NCBI GenBank assembly: GCA_024626585.2
Contig: JANKJI020000002.1
Location: 11,372,306-11,396,495, forward strand
DNA from: Ginkgo biloba
Lineage: Eukaryota > Plantae > Ginkgophyta
Direction of reading: 5' to 3'
DNA: 24,190 bases
Positions 10,878 through 20,843 of this stretch are shown piece after piece. How positions within the stretch are numbered: position 1 is the first letter of the stretch; every line of letters starts with the position of its first letter. The notes beneath the pieces are model-generated. The model was not told the DNA's origin and did not search any database. It saw only the letters and a list, made by a program, of their open reading frames with translations. A program made the position numbers and the translations under genes.

Positions 10878-11301
10878 AAGTGATAATTAAGGATAAATAT
10901 CATCTACCTCAAATTGATGATATGTTTGATCAATTGAAGAAAAATATGTACACTTTTAAAATTAATCTAAGGTTTGGATATCATTAAGTATGGATTAATG
11001 AAGAAGATATTTTAAGATGCCATTAATGAAGAGCTATGGTTAATTTTAATTTATCCTCCTTCCCTTAGGGTTAGTGAATTCTCCAACCACTTTTATTTCT
11101 TTAATGGATAGTGTATTTCAGCCCTTCTTAAATAAATTATTTTGGTGTCCTTAGATGAAATTTTGGTTTATTCTAAGACTAATGAAGAACATACATATCA
11201 CCTAAGGATAGAATTAGTAGATACTCTAAGAAAACACCAACTATATGCAAAGCTAAGCAAGTATGAGTTTTAGAAAAGAGAGATACATTACTTAGGCCAT
11301 A
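10871..11301 (+). mobile_element. Degenerate Ty3/gypsy reverse transcriptase fragment
   Basis: [23 protein letters not shown]...[15 protein letters not shown]...LPLGLVNSPTTFISLMDSVF...[13 protein letters not shown]...[15 protein letters not shown]...YLGH, with stops and frameshifts. Confidence 0.92.
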
Positions 11302-11419
11302 NNNNNNNNNNNNNNNNNNNNNNNNNNNNNNNNNNNNNNNNNNNNNNNNNNNNNNNNNNNNNNNNNNNNNNNNNNNNNNNNNNNNNNNNNNNNNNNNNNN
11401 NTCCAAGATCATAGATAAA

Positions 11420-13780
11420 TTTATTCCTTCAGCTCTTACACCTTATATATTTTCTTAGCGAGTTCCCTCTAGCATACACCTGTGACTTACAACTTCTTGT
11501 ATAATCCACTCTCATCTAATGGTAAGACAAAGGTTGATGGTTCTACTGCCGTTGAGGGAGTCAAGGACAATGCAAATGTCTTTAATTTATTTTTAAGGGA
11601 CATGATTTTGTCCCTCAATTGAGAATTATCCTTTACAAAATCATCCACCTTAAATCTAAGAACTCTGAATGAAGTCTAATGGAAATTAAATATATCTTGA
11701 GTCAACAATTGATTCGCGTCCAACTCAACTTCATGAAAATAAAAATTATTGGCAGTAATTACGGCCTTGGAATAATAAGCCTTAGTATTAGAATTCCTTA
11801 TCTTGAAAAAAATTTTATTTGTATCAAATTTGAAGGTTGCATGTTACGTATAAAAATCTATGTATAGAGGGACATATGTAGAAGCTAGAGTTGATTGTTG
11901 AGAAAAGAATTTCAAGAATCATGGATCAGGAGTGGGTTCCTCTTCAATGACTTATTGGATCATGGTCTCTATGTGTTTCTCTAAAATAGGAAGTGATATA
12001 ATGTCTTGTTTGTAAGTAAGACTAAGTTACTCACGATTGAAAACATAACTCTTCTTTGATGTTGAGTCTCTCAAACTTTAACTCTTAAAAGTCCTATATT
12101 TCTTGGCAATCCATCCACCCCCTTCATGCTCTAATTTTTGCTTATTTCCCCTATTTAGGTCATCACCATCACCTCCTCATCCTCTTATTATGATGTTTTG
12201 AGTAATAAAGGTTGTATACTTAGGTCTTAAGGATGTTTTCTCAATTATATTTTTGACTTATGTTCTATATCCCTCCTTCAAAGACCTTTAGGAAGAGTCC
12301 CGTTCTTGTCCTTCTCCAACTTGTATTTCAAGATATTTTGGGATTTATTCTTGTTCTTAAAAATTCATCTTTTATGAGAAACACTACTATTTTATGTATA
12401 TTCTGATGCATATGGACTTGTCTTAGGGGTTATGTTTCCCCTTCTCTTGTGGGCCACCCAATATATTCCACTAGATTCCTGAGATTATCTTTTATATCTA
12501 GAGAATGAAAATAATACATTTGATACTAGTTTTCCATATGCCAATAAAAGGTACCTTACGGGTCATAAACTCTTTTTGAAACTATTTTCAACTTATAACC
12601 CCTTATTCTATTTGAAAATAACCTTACCTATCCAATATTCAGGAGATTCAATTTGCCTAAATGAAAGGGATAAGAATGGAAAGAAATTTTATTTTCTTTC
12701 TAGGACACTCTATGATGAATTGACTAAATCTATCTATATTTTTTATACAACAAAGTTTGATCATCCATGAACTTTGGGAGCTAATACATCCTCTCCTCCA
12801 ATCCATACAAACTAATATAAGTATAATCCTTTTAAAAATACTAGTCACCAATCCCTCAAGGAATCTCTAGTAAAATAATTGATTATCTCAAGATCTTAGT
12901 TCTCTAAGCAATACAACAAACACCTTGAAAATAAACTTATTATTCACCAAACAAAAATAATTATTGTAATTTTCTTTCTAAATTTTAGGGTACCAGTAAG
13001 TAATTAGTAACCTTTCTCTTATTTATTCTAAACATTGTAAGGCAGACTTGGAAACTTCAAGGAAAACAACAAGGTGTAGACCAAATATGAATACATATAA
13101 AAATGGCAGGATTGGGGTAACTTCGTAAGTTGTTGATAAATATTCTCTCTAATAATTTTATCCTAATCATAAGTGATTCCCTTTGCGATAGTATCGTAGA
13201 TCATCAATATCATATAATGAAATATTTTATTAATGTCATTTTCTCTAAGAACTATATTTATCAAGGACATGGTGACCTAGAATTTATTTTATAGTTTGAT
13301 CATGCTATATGTTGGTCTTGTAATAGGTCTTTGCACTTCTTTCTCCATCCAAGAATTCACCAAGACCAGGACTCCTTGATGATCCTAGAAAAACTTCTCT
13401 ACTTTATCGAAAAAAATGCAATGCATGGGGTGGAAGATGCAATATCTCTCTAAATGTCTAAGGGGTTAGATTACATAATACATATCCCATGGAAGAAACT
13501 ATTATTCTATTCACTAGTTCAAACCTCTAGGAACACTATTCCACTAACTATCTATATGGCATCACTTTGGGTAGGGTTACATCTTAGATCAATACAAATC
13601 TACATAATACATTAGCTTCCCTCTTCTAGAATCTCATCTGAAGAAAATAATTGAATGCGACTCTAAAATTGATGTTGCATACATCTAAGGTGTCTATGAT
13701 TTTGACCAACAAAATGAATTTTAAAATTTTTGACTCAATTTTTACTTTTCTTAAAGTTTCTATTTAAATTTACAATGCCA
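11420..13780 (-). mobile_element. Decayed ~2.3-kb uncharacterised retroelement-associated ORF (copy B), not gag/pol
   Basis: Long stop-interrupted coding-like frames: PKVMPYR*LVE*CS*RF...VLCNLTP*TFREILHLP; TYD*DKIIRENIYQQL...FYMYSYLVYTLLF; GD*YF*KDYTYISLYG...LPKFMDD; YPFHLG...YDP*G; then a charged region and a coiled-coil-like end. Boundaries are approximate. Confidence 0.65.
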
Positions 13781-14299
13781 AATTGATTGAATCTTTGCTT
13801 TTGTTTGAGGGCACTATCAAGGTTATAGCTGGTCTCTTCATAGATCTTTGTCTTAATAGAAAGGTTGGCTCACAATTAATATCACTTAACATGAAGATAT
13901 AATTATAAACCCTAATCATAAATGCAATAATGGATTCTCTGATTAACATTTATGTATCATGTTTATGCCAAAAGAGTGGCACCATCTTTAGCATTAAATG
14001 TGCATCCCATCACTCTAATTCATGGAATGTAATAAGATGGGTGTATTAATTATCCTTTTAAAATCAACCATCGATTAATTATGAGAAAACTAAAGTAGAT
14101 AATGCCACATGTCTAGATGACATAATATCCTCAAGTTTTCACTTTTTGGAGGTTTTAGCCTATTTTGTCTCACCATCATTTATTGCCTCATCATAAACTT
14201 ATCTGAACCTTCAAATTCTAAATTTTACTATTTGGAAAAGTGGACGCGAACTTCTCATTAGCTAGAATTTCTTTCCTATTTGGGTCTATTAGGCTCATG

Positions 14300-14832
14300 G
14301 TGAAATGACATTTCTTTCTATTTTAAGATTTAAGTTCATATAGAGTTATTAAGGGGAATGGCACACACCCATATTTGTGCATTCCTATTTTTCCTAAATC
14401 TGATCTNNNNNNNNNNNNNNNNNNNCTCTTCACGAACTTACCAATCATTCTTTTCTTACTCTCATTTATTTATTTTTTTAGGCCTGCAAAAATCATAATG
14501 GAATAATTCTCTTTATAACTATGGACTTAAGGCTTTGTTGGAAATTTTGAATTGATAAAAGTTAGGTGCTTACCCTCCTTTTCTCAAAACCTTTTGAACT
14601 CCTGAAATTTGAACACAAAATTTCACTAAGTATAAAACTTATTTAAGGCTTATCATCTCTACTTTACCTTCCTTCCCTTCAAACTCTCAATTTTTTCCAA
14701 CACCAAATGTTCTTACACCTTACTTCATCTCTTCCACTTTAGATAACCATTGATATTTGACTCCAATCTCTAAGGTGGCACTCCCTTCTTAATTTGTAAA
14801 AATTCTAAGAGGGTACCTTTCATGGGTCAATA
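14300..14832. mobile_element. LTR segment ending ...atgggtcaaTA; same family as 22950-23461
   Basis: 14746-14832 (accattgatattt...aaaaattctaagagggtacctttcatgggtcaata) aligns with 23371-23461 (accattgatattt...aaaaattttaaggggttcccatttatgggtcaaca). The left boundary is approximate. Confidence 0.6.
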
Positions 14833-15377
14833 GATACCAAATATGCATATAGAAAATAGTGTCATGGAATATCTTTGGAAAATTATTAATAGAAAGAATG
14901 AGAACCACCCAAAATAAGGATTGACCTTAGGAAAGAAAACAAAATGCCTAATATTTGGCCTGATAAGGATAATCAATATATAAATACTCCTTGGAATCTT
15001 ATTGGGTGAAGAGAAGAATAAACTTAAGAAAGTGGTACAAGAGATTCAATTTTTTATAGGAGTTCACATTATACTAAATAATGCATTCACAAGATTAAAC
15101 GAGATAATAATATTAAAGGCACAAGATTGGCATAATTTCTTAAAGGTGCTCTACATGTAGAATTTATTTCACATATAATTTAACCTATTAACCTTATATA
15201 TTACTTCTCTTGGATTATAATATCATCTTATATGTTAGAGTATATACCGCCTCTTGTAATTTGAAGAACTTTTGATGAAGATATAAAATGAACAATGTAC
15301 CAATTGAGTGGATTTCTTAGGTAAATTATTTATTAATCTCAATTATTCTAGACTCCCTTGTAATGAATCCAACAACA
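14833..15377 (+). mobile_element. Possible LTR fragment of another family
   Basis: TATA-like tatataaatac near 14977, then purine-rich leader-like sequence, ending in CAACA at 15377. Based on pattern only. Confidence 0.3.
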
Positions 15378-15965
15378 TGATTTATTAATATCTATTTTAA
15401 CAACTATATCTATTTAAAATAAACTCATGAAAATAAACTATAATATTAGAAGAAGTATACTCCCATTTTATTATGCAACATACAAATATATTTTNNNNNN
15501 NNNNNNNNNNNNNNNNNNNNNNNNNNNNNNNNNNNNNNNNNNNNNNNNNNNNNNNNNNNNNNNNNNNNNNNNNNNNNNNNNNNNNNNNNNNNNNTTTCTA
15601 AGGCATTATCCATTATTTTATTTCAAGGCATAGTTTATTATTGTTCATCATTTTTTGCCAGTAGCATAATATACCTATGGTTGCAACATGATGTATATAA
15701 TTATTTTCCATAGTATCCTGATGTGACATAGTTTCCTATGTTAAGAGTGCATTATTAGTAGTATTTTTCCATTGATGTAACCTACTTACATCTATAATAC
15801 ATTATTAAATATTATAATCCAAGGGATAATCTCAGGTAGATAGTTTCTATGGAGTATAAACATCCCAAAAGGTAATAGAGAGGCATACAAAGGTTTCCTT
15901 AGGCCTAATGAAAATTGGCTCTTGAGTGCAAAGGTAGAAGGGAGCTTAACTACAAGTCCCATATG

Positions 15966-16752
15966 TAGAGATAATGTTAATTGACCACTAATATAAACTA
16001 GTGATATTATACTAGAGTAAAGAATGTGAGGGCTATTTATAATAATTTTATTTCTCTAATTTATTTTTTCTAAAATAACACATGAATAATATTGAGAAAA
16101 TATATTTCTTTAGCATATATATATATTTTTTTAAATTTACATTTTCACATACATAAATAAATATACAAGGTTTATTATATTTGATCATCCATCGTATGTT
16201 TTATCTTTTAGATTAATAACATCTTTAGAAATTACAAGGTTAGGTAATTANNNNNNNNNNNNNNNGATGGGGGTGTATTATAGAATAATATTTAACTATG
16301 CCTATATTACATTATTAACTATTATGTACCCTTACTAAAAAAAAAATAAAAAAAAACTATTATATACCACTCTTATCACTTTTGCATTTCAACCACATCA
16401 ATGTTAAAAGAGAATTTAGAATCATATTAATTAACCACTGATATAAACTAGTGATATTATGTTAGACTAAAGAATTCGAGGGCTATTCAAAATAATTTTA
16501 TTTCTCTAATGTATATATATTTTTAAAGCACTTATGAACAATATTGAGAAAACATGGCTCTTTAGCATAAAAAGGTTTGTAAAATTGCATTTTCACATAC
16601 ATAGATAAATGTAAAAGATTTATCATATTTGATTATCCANNNNNNNNNNNNNNNNNNNNNNCCTATTCTACTTTTTAGATCAATAAAACCTTTAGAAATT
16701 ATTGGATTCGATAAGGTAATCCATTTCTTTATGATGGGGGTATATCGTAGAC
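15966..16752. repeat. Diverged direct repeat, ~320-bp copies at 450-bp period
   Basis: ttaattgaccactaatataaactagtgatattat at 15977 versus ttaattaaccactgatataaactagtgatattat at 16427. The copies are colinear through cattttcacatacata to gatggggg. The ~130-bp spacer contains an A-tract. Confidence 0.9.
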
Positions 16753-19563
16753 CATTCCAAGAAATTTTGTTAAGTGTTGGTTACAAAAAGAAAATGTCTA
16801 ACTAATTCTTATTGATTATAAAAGTCTTAACAATATGTTTAAGGAAAACTCTTACTCTATGGGTTTAAGTATANNNNNNNNNNNNNNNNNNNNNNNNNNN
16901 NNNNNNNNNNNNNNNNNNNNNNNNNNNNNNNNNNNNNNNNNNNNNNNNNNNNNNNNNNNNNNNNNNNNNNNNNNNNNNNNNNNNNNNNNNNNNNNNNNNN
17001 NNNNNNNNNNNNNNNNNNNNNNNNNNNNNNNNNNNNNNNNNNNNNNNNNNNNNNNNNNNNNNNNNNNNNNNNNNNNNNNNNNNNNNNNNNNNNNNNNNNN
17101 NNNNNNNNNNNNNNNNNNNNNNNNNNNNNNNNNNNNNNNNNNNNNNNNNNNNNNNNNNNNNNNNNNNNNNNNNNNNNNNNNNNNNNNNNNNNNNNNNNNN
17201 NNNNNNNNNNNNNNNNNNNNNNNNNNNNNNNNNNNNNNNNNNNNNNNNNNNNNNNNNNNNNNNNNNNNNNNNNNNNNNNNNNNNNNNNNNNNNNNNNNNN
17301 NNNNNNNNNNNNNNNNNNNNNNNNNNNNNNNNNNNNNNNNNNNNNNNNNNNNNNNNNNNNNNNNNNNNNNNNNNNNNNNNNNNNNNNNNNNNNNNNNNNN
17401 NNNNNNNNNNNNNNNNNNNNNNNNNNNNNNNNNNNNNNNNNNNNNNNNNNNNNNNNNNNNNNNNNNNNNNNNNNNNNNNNNNNNNNNNNNNNNNNNNNNN
17501 NNNNNNNNNNNNNNNNNNNNNNNNNNNNNNNNNNNNNNNNNNNNNNNNNNNNNNNNNCCCTCAGAGGCTAAAAGCTCCATAGTTATTTGAACAACAACAT
17601 GAAATGGTAAAAAATCACCTCATTCCAATGTGGTTCTTGCACTTCTTTCTTGTCACTATGCTCTACAACTTTTTTTTTCTTCCTTCCTTGTCATAGCCTA
17701 CGAAGGATTCAAACGTGTGTATCTCAATCACTTTGCAACTTTGAATGTATTCACCTCCATTTAAGATGATATATTTTCTACAACCTTTTGGGAGAAGAAT
17801 GTTCCAAGTGTCAAAGGGAATGAACATATAATAAAACCAATAGGCATCATTCAATGAACGATGAATAAACTCTTTATCACCATGATTCCAAAGGAATAAT
17901 AGGCATTTATGTCCTCATCATCATCTTCTTCCCCTTTTCTCTACCTCTTCTTCGACTTTGTTGGTAGAAATATCCTCGCAATTGGGTTAAAAAATCTTTA
18001 NNNNNNNNNNNNNNNNNNNNNNNNNNNNNNNNNNNNNNNNNNNNNNNNNNNNNNNNNNNNNNNNNNNNNNNNNNNAATGGGTGGATAGGCAGCATGGTCG
18101 ACACTACAAATAAAGATGCAAGGAGGCGTGCACGAAACTGCACAAACATACGTGGAGTGTGCAAAATCGATACCTTCACAACCCACAATAATGATAAGGT
18201 GTAAAGTTGAGCGACAAAGAATGAGAATATGCGATTACAGCTATTTGATGAGCTCTCAATACCAGACAACATTATTAGATCCAAATTGGTGCCAAAAGTT
18301 GAGCGCTGCATCATCAATGTACTGCAGCAAACGTGCATATCAGATGCACATACGTGTAAAATATTACAAGTTCCACTGGCTACTCATGCTGCTGTTAATA
18401 GGGTCGATTATATAAATCTCATGAAGGTTATAATGAAGTTAGTTTTCCTTCAGGCTCATTACTCCCTACCATTTCTATATTTTTCCTAATCCAAATTAGG
18501 TTTTAAAAAAAAAAAAAAATCTCTTACGCAAAATAAAAAGATGGATTTTTAGATTCGTCTCGTGAAAAAGGATAAAAAGTTTGGAATTAAAATTAAAGAA
18601 AAGTTATATTCGAAATGTTCGTCCTTTAGGAGAATGTCCCAGGGGTGGTTGTACAATATATGGTGGAGAACCTTTAATAGAAATTTTCTGATGGATATTA
18701 ATCGCAGAGCTCTTTACTCTTTTTGGTGATAACGACTCATCATTTATCACCAATCGAACTTTTAACATAAATCTTTGGAATAGGCAATGATTGTTGCGAA
18801 GGTATTCCTTTGGCTCGGATTCGAAGATACACCACGATCTCAAAAGTAAATGACTAGGCTGATTCTCACAGTGGATGAGAATAAAGGAATCAATTGACAG
18901 CGATCTAGGCATCCGTCCTTACGATTCGCCCCATAATTCAAACCTATCCAAATTAATAATCTGATCGTATGTTGTTTTCATTTTTGGAAGGAGAAAAGTA
19001 TGCAGGCTCCTCTCGAATTTCTCATTGACATGAAGATTTCAGGACAAGCAATTAATTACAATGAAAAGGCATTCCACAAAGAATAAGATCTCACATCCCT
19101 ATTGCGCATACGAAAAGTCCATGTCAATATCCAACAACAAACTCCACCAGAAGATTCACTAAAACAAAAACCGNNNNNNNNNNNNNNNNNNNNNNNNNNN
19201 NNNNNNNNNNNNNNNNNNNNNNNNNNNNNNNNNNNNNNNNNNNNNNNNNNNNNNNNNNNNNNNNNNNNNNNNNNNNNNNNNNNNNNNNNNNNNNNNNNNN
19301 NNNNNNNNNNNNNNNNNNNNNNNNNNNNNNNNNNNNNNNNNNNNNNNNNNNNNNNNNNNNNNNNNNNNNNNNNNNNNNNNNNNNNNNNNNNNNNNNNNNN
19401 NNNNNNNNNNNNNNNNNNNNNAATAATCTTATGAACTCTCTTTATCAAGAGGTAACAAATTTGTATGAAAAGTTTTTTTTTTATTATTATGACAAAGCTT
19501 GTGAGTGATTTTAATTATTTTCCGAGTAGGCCTTGTAAAGAGTTAGCGACTTGTTTAATGCAG

Positions 19564-20843
19564 GGATATTTGGATGAACATTTCGCTCAGCTCGAACAGC
19601 TGCAGGACGACAGCAATCCTGATTTCGTCATGGAGGTCCTTTCGTTGTTCTTTGAGGATTCCAGGAAATTGCTGGATAATTTAGGAAAAGCACTGTACGT
19701 TCTGTAATCCTAAATTGTTTTTATGTTGAATTTGATGTCTCTCTGATAATTATAAGTACGCCTAATGTTATATAACTGCCTGCAAATATGCCCAAAATCC
19801 AATCTTCAAAAGGAGATGACAGTGTAAACCATTATCAATATAGGTAACACAAACACAAAAACTAATCAATTGTATCACATGCTATTAGATTACTTACTAC
19901 CCAATTTTTTTACAGCTGGAAGTTGTGAAATAGTACGCATTTTTCGATTTCAAATAATTTGGAAATAAGTTCCCTATGTAGTATACTCACAATACTGAAA
20001 AGTTATCATGTGAATTTCATTGCAATGCAGCAATCGGGAACCCGTCGACTTCAAGAAAGTAGATGCATATATGCACCATTTTAAAGGCAGCAGTTCCAGG
20101 TATAATATATAATCTGGTTGAAACATAGTATGAGGTATGCTTATAAGATGCTTCGTTAGACTGCAAATTCATTATTGTTAATCGTTTTCCATGTCTTGGA
20201 AAATTCTTCCATATCTCCTTAATTTTGTACTTAGTGCTCTCTGCACACTTTTACATACGGTCTTCCGTGTGTTGCAACTTCATGTGAAATTATATAGATT
20301 TTTCACAAAAGCTTCATAATTTTTTGAAGACAAAAGGCATAGGGGTTCAAAGGCTACATAATCACCTTTGAATTTTTGTTTCATTAATGATGCAACAGCG
20401 TCGGGGCACAACGAGTGAAGAATGAATGCATTGCACTTCGTGGATTTTGTGAAGAGAAACTTAGAGATGGGTAAGTGCATTCTTCCTATTCGAACTTTTT
20501 TGCTGCAGGGAATAAGATATTTTGAGTTTATTAATGGAACTATTGATGGTTGACAGTAGATTAATAATTTTGTAATTAAATTTGTATACCAATTTTTTAA
20601 TTTTATTTCGATACCAATCCCTGCTTACCATATTATAATTTTTGGGTATTTTTTTACAGATGCTTGCAGTGCCTACAAAAATTAAAACAAGAGCATTACC
20701 TTCTAAAGAACAAGCTGGATAATCTGTTTCAGGTAATTGGTAGTCTCCCAGGGCGAAAATTAGTGATGGCGGTGATATGAAGTAATAAGTTAACTCTTGT
20801 TCAACCCTTTCAGATGGGTAGAACATATGATGCAAAGTCATGA
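19564..20843 (+). CDS. AHP: Histidine-containing phosphotransfer protein (HPt, AHP family), exons 2-6; exon 1 not visible
   Basis: Exons 19564-19694 (131 nt), 20031-20099 (69), 20399-20470 (72), 20660-20732 (73), 20814-20843. All introns are GT-AG and phases are consistent. Product: GYLDEHFAQLEQLQDDSNPDFVMEVLSLFFEDSRKLLDNLGKALNREPVDFKKVDAYMHHFKGSSSSVGAQRVKNECIALRGFCEEKLRDGCLQCLQKLKQEHYLLKNKLDNLFQMGRTYDAKS*. The last exon is the least certain. Confidence 0.96.

Noticed and set aside
15964-16754. TRIM element call
   Set aside because: No matching TSD (ccata versus ttcca) and no convincing PBS or PPT.
16835-17590. Long ORFs crossing N runs (this one and other X-filled ORFs)
   Set aside because: Length comes from translated gaps; there is no coding evidence.
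17559-18000. Possible minus-strand gypsy gag-protease remnant (EEDDDED...IPFDTWNILL)
   Set aside because: Only a faint resemblance to the P.D.C.ILLG motif and no catalytic D(S/T)G visible. Needs a BLASTx search.
18540-19170. Type-B ARR binding sites (AGATY) upstream of AHP
   Set aside because: The 5-mers are expected by chance in AT-rich DNA; enrichment cannot be shown by eye.
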